64,000 nt of DNA from Candidatus Eiseniibacteriota bacterium (lineage in GTDB: Bacteria > Eisenbacteria > RBG-16-71-46): assembly GCA_963717505.1 (NCBI GenBank), contig OY970342.1, forward strand, positions 2,912,001 through 2,976,000, given 5' to 3'. Below, piece after piece: positions 17,839 to 29,647 of the stretch. Position 1 is the stretch's first letter, and the number at the start of each line of letters is the position of its first letter. The translations under genes and the position numbers were made by a program. The notes under the pieces were generated by a model. That model did no database searches and was not told the origin of the DNA. It worked only from the letters and a program-made list of their open reading frames with translations.

Positions 17839-20800
17839 ATGCTGCTCCGACCCCGGTTGATTCGGCTGCTGGTGGGCGTTGCGGCTGCGGCACTTGCCGC
17901 TGCCTCTCCGGCTCCGGCCGCGATCGATGGCAGCGCCCCGGGCCCGATTCGGCTGGCGGTCCGACCGTATCGAGCTCCGCCTGGCCCCGCCGGCGGCCCG
18001 CACGGCGTGGTACGCCCGCGTCTCAGGAGGCGCTGGCCGGTCGGCACAATCCACGATCGCGCGCAATTCTCGCCGGCGCGTCACTCGCCACCGACGTAGC
18101 GTTTCGAGACACCGGGAGCCCCGCGCTCGACCGCGCGCTCGCGAGCTTCGGCGAAGTCACGCTCGAGCCCGAGTTCCGCGGCGAGCTGCCGCCCGGTCCC
18201 GCCGACGACGCCACCGACTTCACCTCGTTCTACATCGCGCGCTGGTCGCGAGAGGTTCCGGTCGAGCGAGTCGTGGCTCGCCTGCGCGCGCTGCCCGAGG
18301 TCGCGAGCGCCGATCCGATTCCGCTGCTGCCGGTCGCGGTCACGCCCAACGACTCGACGTTCGCGGCGTCGTACTGGTTCCAGGATCTGCCGCTCCGCCA
18401 CGACATCGCCGCACCCGAGGCGTGGAATGTGACCACCGGCGACACCGCGATCGTGGTCGGCGTGCTCGACACCGGCATCGTGCCCTACCACCCGGACCTG
18501 GGCGGCGTGATCGCCGGACTCGCGGGTCAGATCTGGACGAATGCTGCCGAGGCCGACGGCATTCCGGGCGCCGACGACGACGGCAATGGCTTCATCGACG
18601 ACGTGCACGGCTGGGACTTCATCAATCGGCCGCCCGACGGTGTGACGACCGGCGAGGACTACGCCGACCAGGATCCCGATGCCAACGACATGGCGGGCCA
18701 CGGCACGGCGGTCGCCGGCGTGGTCGGGGCGCTCACCGACAACACGATCGGCGTGGCGGGCACGGCGTGGAACGTGCGCCTGATGCCGCTGCGCATCGGC
18801 TGGTCCGCGGTCGGCGCACCGCTCGGCCTGGTCGACATGTCGGCGGTGGCGCAGGCGCTGCGCTACGCGGCGCGCATGAACGTGCCGGTGGTCAACTGCT
18901 CGTTCGCCACGATCAACCTCTCGGGTCTGATCGCGGCCGCGTCGTCGGCCACGCGCGCCGGGGTGGTGATCGTCTCGGCGGCGGGCAACGGCGGACAGCC
19001 GCACGATCTCGCCGACCGCGAGGACGTGATCGCGGTCGCGGCGACCGGGCCGGGCGACGTGGTCGCCGGCTTCTCGAACCTGGGTGCGTTCGTGGACTTG
19101 TCCGCCCCGGGGGCCAGCATCGCGACCACGTTCGTGCGGCCGACCACCAGCGACAGCATCGGACTCCGCCAGCCGAGCTACGTGGTGATCGACGGCACGT
19201 CGTTCTCGTCGCCCATGGTCGCGGGTGGTGCAGCACTGGTGCAATCGCAAAGGCGCGCGACTGGGCAGAAGCTGCTCAACGCTCAGGGCATGCTGCTGCG
19301 GTTGACCGAAACCTGCGACGACATTTCTGCTGAGAACACCGGTGTCACGGGCTACGGTGCTGGCAGGCTCAACCTCGAGCGTGCGCTCACCGATCGGCCG
19401 ACCTCGACCGCGTCGCGCTCGGGTGCCGCGGTACTGGGACCGGCGCTGGTTGTGCCGGTCGCGGGGTCGCAGCCGTATCTCGCGTATCTCACGCAGAACC
19501 AGCGTCTGATGATCAAGGCTGGCCAGGCCGAGGACACGGTGGCGGTGGCGACGCTGCCCGGTCCGCCGATCGGAGCACTCGCGGGCGGGCGGGCCGGGCC
19601 CGGCGCGTCGATCGACGAGGGGCCTTTCTGGATGTTCACGAGCACGGGCAACGGCCGCGTCGTCGGTCTCGACGAGTCGGGCGTCGTGCTTTCGGGTTTC
19701 CCGGTGACTGCGGGCGGCGTGTTCACGCCGCCCACCGGTGGCCCTGCGCTCGGCGATCTCGATGGCGACGGCACGCTCGAGGTCGTGTGCGGCCTGGCGT
19801 TCGGGGACCTTCACGCCTGGCATCGCGACGGCACTCCGGTGGCGAACTTTCCGGTGTTCACCAGCCCGGGCGGCAACGCGGCGCCCGTAGCGATCGCCGA
19901 CCTCGACGCCGACGGCGCCGATGAGATCGTCGCTGCCGGCGCCGATGGCGAGGTCCACGTGGTTCACGGCGACGGCAGCGAGATGGCCGGCTGGCCGGTA
20001 ATCGTGAATGCGGATCCGTTCGCCCCGGTGGTCACGCGGTATGCGATGGGCGAGATGCCGGTCATCGTGGTCGCCTCGGGCGCGGATGTCGCGGCGTTTC
20101 ATGCCGACGGCACCCCGCGCTTCAGCCTTACGCTGCCGGGCCTGGTCACGCAGCCTCCGGCGCTCGGCGATCTCGACGCCGACGGGGTCGACGAGATCGT
20201 GCTGGCGCTCGACACGCCGGCGATCGCGGTCGTGGACTCGTCGGGCGCCATGGTCGGTGGCGCGCCGTTCGCGCTGTCGGCGCCCGCCAATGGTCCACCG
20301 CTCATCGGCCCGATCACCCCGGGCGGGCGCGAGATCGTGATCTTCGAGGGCGCCAATCTGGCGGCGTTCGCGGTCGACGGCACGCGACGCGGCCCATTTC
20401 CCAAGCCGGGTCGCGCGGGTAGCTGCGGCAACACTCGCCGACCTCGACGGCGACGGCGCCACCGAGATCACCGCTGGCACCAGCACGGATTCCATCCTCT
20501 ATGTCTACGACGCCGGCCTAGGCGGATGGACGGAAACCTGGCGCGACCGCGCATGGCTCACGCCGCGCGGTGATGCGCATCGCACCGGCAGCCGCGACGT
20601 GGGTCCGCCTTCGGCGGTCGCCGACCTCGGCGTTACTTCGGTCACCGACTCGAGCGTGACCCTGGGGTGGAGTGCGCCCGCCAACGAGGACGCCAGCGTG
20701 CGCGGCGTGGATTACGAAGTTCGCAGTCGACGCGACACGCTGACCGCCGGTGGTTGGAACTCGGCGCTCGAGGTTGCCAGGTTCCGCACGACCGTGGCCA

Positions 20801-21225
20801 CCGGGCGACAGATCACGCTCCCCCTCAGGGGGTTCGAGCCCGGCACGCAATACGCGTTCGCGCTGCGCACCACCGACGAGGCGGGGAACGTTTCAGGGAT
20901 CTCCAACATCGCGACCGCGACGACGAGCCTCGGCGGCCCGCTCGCAAACCACGCGGGTCCGGGAATCGCACCGAGCCGCCGGCCGTCGGGCCGACAGACC
21001 GAGCTGTACTGGCGCGGCGCCGGGGGCGGAGTGCCGCAGGAGATCAGGATCTACGATGTGGTCGGGCGGCGGATTCGACGAATCCCGCTGCCGAGCGATC
21101 CCGAAGGGGTCACGACCTGGGACGGCCGCGACGACGACAATGCGTTGGTGCCGGCGGGTGTTTACTTCGCGCGCCTGACCAGCGGCTCCGTCGGTGTCCA
21201 GACGCGGGTCGTACTGCTTCCCTGA
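17839..21225 (+). CDS. Secreted S8 subtilase with FG-GAP repeats, FN3 and FlgD-Ig C-terminal domain (frameshifted)
   Basis: Catalytic triad VLDTG / HGTAVAG / GTSFSSP in ORF 18273..20573; GDLDGDG repeats; FN3 and WDGRDDDNALVPAGVYF in ORF 20599..21225; signal-like MLLRPRLIRLLVGVAAAALAAA at 17839. Confidence 0.85.
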
Positions 21226-21237
21226 TCCGCGGCGAAA

Positions 21238-21711
21238 TCAGTCGGCGAGTCGCAGGCGCGGGTCGCCTTCGGGCTCGCGGCCACCCTGGCCGATGCCGCC
21301 CTGGGAAATAGGCCCGAGGGTCGCGGCGTATTCATTCGACAGTGGGCTGCGATTGCCGATCGTGTCCACCGCGCGCACGCGGAAGTGCGTCTCGATCGTT
21401 TCCTGATTGGGCGTGAGGTTGAACCAATTGCCAGCCGCTTCGCCGATCATCACGTACGAGTTGTCGCGCGAGGGGTCGGGCAGGTACTGATACACCTCAT
21501 AGAGCACGACGTCCGGGGCTGGGCTCGCGGCCCACGTCAGCCGATGGTATTCAGGTTGGCTGACCACGGCGAGATTCTCGGGCGAGGGCGGGGGAGCGGT
21601 GTCAGAAGTTCCGGTAACAGCGGTGACATGCTGCGTGGTATCGCAACCCCAGAGTGCGACCACGCTCGCAAGCGCGACCCATAGAAGGGACAGGAATCGA
21701 TTGCGGATCAT
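21238..21711 (-). CDS. Lipoprotein with FN3-like domain
   Basis: MIRNRFLSLLWVALASVVALWGC lipobox; PPSPENL..LTW..Y..FRVRAVDTIGNRS. Confidence 0.8.
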   Translation of the reverse strand: MIRNRFLSLLWVALASVVALWGCDTTQHVTAVTGTSDTAPPPSPENLAVVSQPEYHRLTWAASPAPDVVLYEVYQYLPDPSRDNSYVMIGEAAGNWFNLTPNQETIETHFRVRAVDTIGNRSPLSNEYAATLGPISQGGIGQGGREPEGDPRLRLAD

Positions 21712-23902
21712 GGCTCGAATCTCCGGGTGCGGCCTCGTCGACGCCTCCACTAACTGTGGTGGCTCGACGCGGGACGCCGGTGGTCGAGCAAACGCGGTGC
21801 CACGCACGAAATCGCAGGGCGTCGAGGCAAAGCGCCGTGCGCGCAGCCGGCGGCCGCATGCATTGCGCAGGCTCGTGGGCTTGACCGCGTGCGGGGTGCA
21901 ATTGGCCCTGACGACCGCTTGCGCCCAGGTCAGCCCGGCGCTGCACGCGGCCGCACCGCCGCCCGACGCGGCTCATCCGGTTCTCGCGCCGTCGTTCCCG
22001 CCGTTCGCACACGCACCGCTCGATACCCCGCTGGTGGTCACCGGCACGTTCGGCGATCGGCGTGGCGGCCACTTTCATGCCGGGCTCGACCTGTCGACCG
22101 GCGAGATTGTAGGCAAGCCGGTCTACGCGCCGGCGCCGGCTGCCGTGGTGCGCGTTCGCACTTCGGGCGTGGGCTACGGCCGATCGCTCTACCTCAAGAC
22201 CGACGACGGTCGCCTCGTGGTCTACGGGCATCTCGACGCGTTCGCCGAGCCGCTCGCGTCGTACGTCGACTCGCTGCAACGCACGAGCGGCCGCTACGAG
22301 CAGGACCTGTGGCCGCCGGCGAGCAAGTTCCGCGTGGCGCCCGGAGCGATCGTCGCGTGGAGTGGCCAGAGCGGCGCCGGGCCGCCGCACCTCCATGCCG
22401 AGATTCGGATCGTCGACATGGCGCACCATCCGCTGCGCGCCGGTTGGCCGCTGGCCGACGCAGCGCCGCCCCGGATCGATCGCATCACGCTGGTTCCGGT
22501 CGACGACAGCTCGCGAGTCGCCGGCACCACGGCGCCTTACACCCGATCCACGGTCGAGGGCGACACCGTCGTGGTCGAGGGGCGCTTCGAAGTCCGAGTC
22601 GAGGCCGGCGACGCGCTGGGGTCGCGCCGGGGGCTCGCGCCGTGGTCGACCGTCGTGCAGCTCGGCGATCGCAAGGTCGAGTGCCGGTTCGACAGCGTGT
22701 CGTGGGCCGGCGACATGTCCGACGCCGCCTACGTCTATGACGGTGACGCTGTGCGTCTGGCGGCACCCGAGGGCGCCCGGCCGAGGGTGCTGAACGCCGA
22801 GTGGCCGAGCGACGGCGAGGGGCTCAATACCGCGCCGCAGTCCGCGCGCGCGGGAGAATTCGATCTTGATTCGAGTGCTCCGACCACGCCACTCGACGTG
22901 ACTGTGCGCGATGTCGCGGGCAATGTGGCCTCGCGTCGGTTGTGGGTGCGTCCACCGCGCGCCACCGACCGCGTCGCGGCGCTGCCCGACACGCACCGGG
23001 CGGTTGCGCTTCGCGACCTCGACTTCGATCTGTCGCCCGCGGGGCACGGCTGCGTCCGCGTCGTCCTGAGTCATGCGCCGCGAGAGTCACGCGCCGTGTG
23101 GATCGGACTCGAAGGCGGCGCGCTGGTTCCCGCCGGGCGTGTCGGCGCACAGTGGTCGGGGCTGCTGTGCCCGCGAACGACCGGTTCCGTCACCGTGGTC
23201 GTGGTCGGAGTCGATCACGCGCCGTGGCGCACGACGCAGGCTCTGAACCTGGACGCGGTCGGGCTCGAGGCGAACGCCGGCCGCAACCCATCCACCGAGT
23301 TCCGCTGGAGCCATGGCAAGGGATCGGTGTTCGAATCCGGTGCGCTCGCGGTGTCGCACGAGAGTACAACCCCGACGGGCGAGCTGGTCCCGGTGAGCGA
23401 CGTGCACGCGCTGGAACCCGAGGATCTGCCGCTGCGAAGCTCTTGGACCGTGACGCTGTCCGCGCGCTCCGGCGCCGACACGAGCCGCGTGGCGGTCTAT
23501 CGGCGCGGGTCGCGGAACTGGGAGTGGGCGGGCGCGGAGCGCGACCTCGAGTCAGGGACCTGGTCGGCGTCCACCCGGCGCCTCGGCGCCTTCGCCCTGT
23601 TTCGGGATGTTCGCGCGCCGGTGATCCACCTCTTGCCGGCGTCGAGCCCCAGCCGTGCGGGCCCTTATTCGCGCTGGACGATCGAGGCGCGAATCGACGA
23701 GCAGGGGAGCGGCGTCGAGGCCGAGCGTTCGCAGCTCTTCATCGACGAGAAGCCAGTGCCCACCGAGTGGGATCCCGATGCCGGCCGCCTGCGCTGGCGT
23801 CCGTTTTCGCTGCCGGCGCGTGGCGAGCATGCGGTGCGCGTGCGCGCGGTCGATCGCGCTGGCAATGTGAGTGAGGCGAGCGGCCGGTTCGACGTGGAGT
23901 AG
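21599..23902 (+). CDS. M23 family metallopeptidase with C-terminal Ig-like domains (true start probably ~21875-21900)
   Basis: GTFGDRRGGHFHAGLD, GYGRSLYL, YGHL, SGQSGAGPPHLHAEIR. Confidence 0.88.
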   Translation: MSEVPVTAVTCCVVSQPQSATTLASATHRRDRNRLRIMARISGCGLVDASTNCGGSTRDAGGRANAVPRTKSQGVEAKRRARSRRPHALRRLVGLTACGVQLALTTACAQVSPALHAAAPPPDAAHPVLAPSFPPFAHAPLDTPLVVTGTFGDRRGGHFHAGLDLSTGEIVGKPVYAPAPAAVVRVRTSGVGYGRSLYLKTDDGRLVVYGHLDAFAEPLASYVDSLQRTSGRYEQDLWPPASKFRVAPGAIVAWSGQSGAGPPHLHAEIRIVDMAHHPLRAGWPLADAAPPRIDRITLVPVDDSSRVAGTTAPYTRSTVEGDTVVVEGRFEVRVEAGDALGSRRGLAPWSTVVQLGDRKVECRFDSVSWAGDMSDAAYVYDGDAVRLAAPEGARPRVLNAEWPSDGEGLNTAPQSARAGEFDLDSSAPTTPLDVTVRDVAGNVASRRLWVRPPRATDRVAALPDTHRAVALRDLDFDLSPAGHGCVRVVLSHAPRESRAVWIGLEGGALVPAGRVGAQWSGLLCPRTTGSVTVVVVGVDHAPWRTTQALNLDAVGLEANAGRNPSTEFRWSHGKGSVFESGALAVSHESTTPTGELVPVSDVHALEPEDLPLRSSWTVTLSARSGADTSRVAVYRRGSRNWEWAGAERDLESGTWSASTRRLGAFALFRDVRAPVIHLLPASSPSRAGPYSRWTIEARIDEQGSGVEAERSQLFIDEKPVPTEWDPDAGRLRWRPFSLPARGEHAVRVRAVDRAGNVSEASGRFDVE

Positions 23903-23939
23903 CCGCGTTGCGTCGCACACTCACATCGGCGAGGTCAAC

Positions 23940-23975
23940 CTCCGAAATGTCGGAGTCGGCTCCTGCCATTCGGAG
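23940..23975. promoter_or_regulatory. Tandem dyads, candidate enhancer (UAS) sites for a sigma54 activator
   Basis: ctccga-aatg-tcggag at 23940-23955 and degenerate ctcctg-ccat-tcggag at 23960-23975, ~100-135 bp upstream of a -24/-12 motif. Confidence 0.55.
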
Positions 23976-24074
23976 TTAGCCGAGCCTTCGGGCGTACGGC
24001 GAGATCCTTTCCCACTTGATCCATCCTCAATTTCAGCAAGTGATTGCGGTCGTTCGTCGACCGTGGGACTCAGG

Positions 24075-24090
24075 CGGCATGTCCCGTGCA
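24075..24090 (+). promoter_or_regulatory. Candidate sigma54 (-24/-12) promoter
   Basis: cGGCAtgtcccgTGCa fits GG-N10-GC, upstream of the first gene of the cluster that ends at a sigma54 activator. Confidence 0.6.
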
Positions 24091-24183
24091 GAACCACCTG
24101 GCGGATTTCGGTTCCCTCTGGCGTCCGGCACCCGCCCCAATGTGGGCGATGCCGGCGCTCGTCACGCGACTGCGAGGTTTTCG

Positions 24184-24534
24184 ATGGCGTCGCAGCAGGT
24201 TCGAATGACCGTGGAATGGTCTGTGCCGCGTGGAGAGATGGGAGCCATCAATTCCGCCATGCAGACTTTGATGGTTGCCACGCGTGCAGCACCCGGTTGC
24301 GTGGAATGCTCGCTCTCGACCCAGTTGGGCGAACGAGCGGGCTTCCAGTACCAGGAGGAGTGGAGGACGGAAGAAGACTTGGTCGTGCAGCTACGGTCCG
24401 GGCGATTCGCCAAGCTGGCGCACCTCGTGGAGAGCGCATCCGAGAGACCGCGAATCGAGTTCCATCTCCCGGGCGGGAAACGTGGGATGGAGTACGCCGA
24501 GGAAGTTCGTCGGACGCATGGAGAGGTCCCGTGA
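24184..24534 (+). CDS. Small ABM-like (dimeric alpha/beta barrel) protein
   Basis: Pattern TRAAPGCVEC..YQEEWRTEEDL..LRSGRF typical of the antibiotic biosynthesis monooxygenase-like family. Confidence 0.7.
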   Translation: MASQQVRMTVEWSVPRGEMGAINSAMQTLMVATRAAPGCVECSLSTQLGERAGFQYQEEWRTEEDLVVQLRSGRFAKLAHLVESASERPRIEFHLPGGKRGMEYAEEVRRTHGEVP

Positions 24535-24586
24535 GGCCATGGGCCACATGGGCGCGCAACAATCGGGAAACGTGAGGAGGTCAGCG

Positions 24587-25813
24587 ATGAAGCGCATGAA
24601 ATCGAAGACGGATGCATTGAACGGTCTGCGGTGGCTGGTTCTGGCCATCGTCGGCGGGCTGTCGATGGCGTCCGTGGCTCGCGCAGAGAACGGGTCGACC
24701 CAGTTCGATATCTACGGGTTCGCCATGCTCGACATGGGTTACCAGACCAAGCAGAACGATCCCGCATGGTTCGACGTTCTGCGGCCGACCAAGCTGCCGT
24801 CCGTCGACAATCAGTTCGGCGAGGATGGCCGGTTCTTCGCGGGCGTTCGGCAGACGCGGCTCGGCTTCAAGTCGAGCACGCCGACCGACATGGGCGAGCT
24901 GAAGACCCAGTTCGAGTTCGAAATGTTCGGAACCGGCGTCGACGCCGGGCAGACGACGATCCGCCTGCGTCACGCGTACGGCGAGCTGGGCAAATTCGGC
25001 GCCGGGCAGTACTGGAGTCCGTTCATGGACATCGACGTGTTCCCGAACTCGATCGAGTACTGGGGACCGAACGGCATGGCGTTCTTCCGCAACGTCCAGG
25101 TGCGGTGGATGCCGATCCAGGGCGAGACTCGCGCGACGATCGCGCTCGAACGGCCGGGCGGCAGCGGGGACCTGGGAGTTGCCTCTCAGATCGTCGGTGG
25201 CGATATCCTGGGTCGCTTCCCCCTACCGGACGTCTCGGCGGAGTACCGGATGGGCCGCGACTGGGGCTACATCGAGGGCGCCGGCATCGTGCGGCAGGTC
25301 GCGTGGGACGACATGGACCCGGCGGACGCGGATGGGGATCTCTCGGGCGAGGCTACGTGCTGGGGTCTCAACGGCAGCACGAACATCAAGGCCGGCCGGG
25401 GCGTCGTCCGGGCATCCGTCGTCTACGGCGAAGGCATCCAGAACTACATGAACGACGCGCCGGTCGATGTCGCCGTGGATATCACCGGTCCAGCTCCCGG
25501 GGACATTGAGGGCGTGGCACTGCCGGTCCTCGGTATCTCCGCCTTCTACGACATCACCTGGAACGAGCGCTGGACCAGCACCGCCGGGTACTCGATGGTC
25601 GACATCGACAACAGCAACGGTCAAGGCCCGACTGCATTCAAGACGGGATCGTACGCCCTCGCCAACCTGCTCTACTACCCGGTCAAGAACGTCATGATGG
25701 GCGGAGAGATCCAGTGGGGCGAACGCGAGAACATCAACGGATTCACCTCGGACGATCTGAGGTTCCAGTTCTCCGCGAAGTACAACTTCGCGACAACCAT
25801 TGGAGGGCAATGA
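24587..25813 (+). CDS. DcaP-family outer-membrane porin
   Basis: Signal peptide; IYGFAMLD, RQTRLGFK, IRLRHAYGE..GAGQYWSPFMD; C-terminal FSAKYNF; gaggagg RBS. Confidence 0.88.
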   Translation: MKRMKSKTDALNGLRWLVLAIVGGLSMASVARAENGSTQFDIYGFAMLDMGYQTKQNDPAWFDVLRPTKLPSVDNQFGEDGRFFAGVRQTRLGFKSSTPTDMGELKTQFEFEMFGTGVDAGQTTIRLRHAYGELGKFGAGQYWSPFMDIDVFPNSIEYWGPNGMAFFRNVQVRWMPIQGETRATIALERPGGSGDLGVASQIVGGDILGRFPLPDVSAEYRMGRDWGYIEGAGIVRQVAWDDMDPADADGDLSGEATCWGLNGSTNIKAGRGVVRASVVYGEGIQNYMNDAPVDVAVDITGPAPGDIEGVALPVLGISAFYDITWNERWTSTAGYSMVDIDNSNGQGPTAFKTGSYALANLLYYPVKNVMMGGEIQWGERENINGFTSDDLRFQFSAKYNFATTIGGQ

Positions 25814-26860
25814 TGAATATCGTGAACTCAGTGCTGCGGCGAACGGCCGTGGGCACGATGGTGTTGGCGATGGCATTGACGTCGATCGCTTCGGCGCAGA
25901 CTGCCGCCCAGATCGACGCTGCGATCAAGGCAGCTCACGACAAGTTCCTGCCGCTCAAAGAGGGCAAGAACGCCGACTACATCCCGGCGCTGGCCAAGGT
26001 GGATCCGAACATCTACGGAATCGCCGTGGTCACCGTGGATGGCAAGGTCTACATCGACCGGCGACATCACCTCGGAAGTCTCGATCCAGTCGATCTCCAA
26101 GGTGTTCACCATGGCCCGGGTCATGGAGGAGCAGGGCCCGGACGCGATCGCCAACAACATGGGCGTCGACGCCACCGGTCAGGTGTTCAACTCGATCGTC
26201 GCGGTCGAGCAGTACCGGGGCGCCGAGATGAACGCGATGGTGAATCCCGGTGCCATCACCTCGACCAGCATGGTGAGCGGCGCCACGCGTGAGGAGATCT
26301 GGAACAAGATCCTGTCGACCCATAGTGACTTCGCGGGTCGCACGCTCACGGTGAATCAGGAGGTGTTCAAGTCCGAGGCCGAGACCAACCAGCGCAATCA
26401 GGCGATCTCGATGCTCATGTACGCCTACGGACACATCAAGGAAGAGCCTCTGCGTGCCTGCGACATCTACACCGAGCAGTGCGCGATCAGCGTCAACGCC
26501 AAGGACCTGGCGATGATGGCCGCCACGCTGGCGAACGGCGGCAAGAACCCGGTGACCGGCAAGCAATGCATGAACGTCGCCAACGTTCCCAAGGTGCTAG
26601 CGGTGATGGCCACCGCCGGGCTGTACGACGATTCGGGCAAGTGGCTGTTCACGACCGGGCTGCCGGCCAAGAGCGGCGTCGGTGGCGGCATTCTCGCCGT
26701 TTCGCCGGGCAAGTTCGGGATCGCCGTGATTTCGCCGCCGCTGGACGCGGCGGGGAACAGCGTCAAGGCTCAGAAGACGATTGCGGACGTCTCCAATGCG
26801 CTGGGAGGGAACCCCTACGCGGCTAAGCCGGCCGCTGCGGCAACCACGAAGAAGAAGTAG
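25810..26860 (+). CDS. glsA: Glutaminase A with N-terminal signal peptide (frameshift near 26055)
   Basis: GKNADYIPALA; SIQSISK; NAMVNPGAI; GLYDDSG..GLPAKSGVGGG. Confidence 0.92.
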
Positions 26861-26948
26861 CGGCCACGCGCCGCCACCGGTCCAGGGTTAGGCCGTGTAC
26901 GTCATCCGTCAGGGCGTACACGGCACATCCGGACCCAGGAGAAACATC

Positions 26949-28511
<1,563 letters not shown>

Positions 28512-28525
28512 AACAGGAGGACACC

Positions 28526-29605
28526 ATGAGAGCACTACGATATGCGGGCGTGGTTGGAATGGTTGGCCTGATCGCCGTCGCGGCGGCTTGTGCCCAAAGT
28601 TCCGGCCAGGCCGGCAAGAAACCAAAGGTGGTGATCGTCGCGACCGGCGGCACGATTGCCGGTTCGGCGGCTTCCCAGACATCGGCGGGTTACCAATCCG
28701 GCGCGGTCGGCGTCGATATCCTGATCGAGGCGGTGCCGCAGCTCAAGGACATCGCGGAAGTTACCGGCGAGCAGGTCGCGAGCATCGGCAGCCAGGACAT
28801 GAACGACGAAGTGTGGCTCACGCTGGCGAAGAAGGTGAACGAGGTGTTGGCCAAGCCCGACATCGCCGGTGTCGCGATCACGCATGGTACCGACACGATG
28901 GAAGAGACCTCCTACTTCCTCAATCTCGTGGTCAAGAGCGACAAACCGGTGGTGCTGACCGGCTCGATGCGGCCGTCGACCGCGATGAGCGCGGACGGGC
29001 CCCTGAACATCTATAACGCCGTAGCGATTGCGGCCGATCCGATGGCGCGCGGACGCGGGGTGATGGTGGCGGTGGATGACGACATTCACTCCGGCCATGA
29101 CATCATCAAGTTCCACGCCACCGACGTCGCGACGATGCGATCGGGCGAGGCTGGGCTGCTCGGAGCCTCGCTGTTCGGCAAGAACACGTGGTATCGGACT
29201 CCGAGCCAGGTCCACACCTCGAAGAGCGAATTTCGGATCGACAATGTGACGGCGCTGCCGCGCGTGGACATCATCTACGCGCACGCCAACATGTCGCCCG
29301 ACGTCATCACCTCCGCCGTCGAGCACGGCGCCAAGGGGTTGGTCATCGCCGGGGTCGGCGACGGCAATATGACGGCGCCGGCGATGGAGCAGGTCAAGGC
29401 CGCGATCGCCAAGGGAGTCGTGGTGGTTCGGTCCTCGCGGACCAACGGCGGCATCGTCCGTCGCAACGTCGAAGTCAATGACGACGAGATCGGCACCGTC
29501 ACCTCGATGGAGCTGAATCCGGGCAAGGCGCGGGTGCTGCTGCAGCTGGCGCTGCTCAAGACGCAGGATGCGAAGAAGATCCAGGACTACTTCAACCGGT
29601 ACTGA
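28526..29605 (+). CDS. ansB: Type II (periplasmic) L-asparaginase
   Basis: ATGGTIAG, IGSQD, THGTDTMEE, SADGPLN; signal peptide (possibly lipoprotein AAAC); aggagg RBS. Confidence 0.93.
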   Translation: MRALRYAGVVGMVGLIAVAAACAQSSGQAGKKPKVVIVATGGTIAGSAASQTSAGYQSGAVGVDILIEAVPQLKDIAEVTGEQVASIGSQDMNDEVWLTLAKKVNEVLAKPDIAGVAITHGTDTMEETSYFLNLVVKSDKPVVLTGSMRPSTAMSADGPLNIYNAVAIAADPMARGRGVMVAVDDDIHSGHDIIKFHATDVATMRSGEAGLLGASLFGKNTWYRTPSQVHTSKSEFRIDNVTALPRVDIIYAHANMSPDVITSAVEHGAKGLVIAGVGDGNMTAPAMEQVKAAIAKGVVVVRSSRTNGGIVRRNVEVNDDEIGTVTSMELNPGKARVLLQLALLKTQDAKKIQDYFNRY

Positions 29606-29647
29606 CGTTTTCTCGATCTGCTGGCGGGTGGGCGCCGCGGTGGTACC

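Noticed and set aside
18081-20495. Long antisense and alternate-frame ORFs (also 46769..49267, 59665..61443, 29759..31294)
   Set aside because: Shadow ORFs typical of high-GC DNA; Arg/Pro-rich, motif-free and overlapping well-supported genes.
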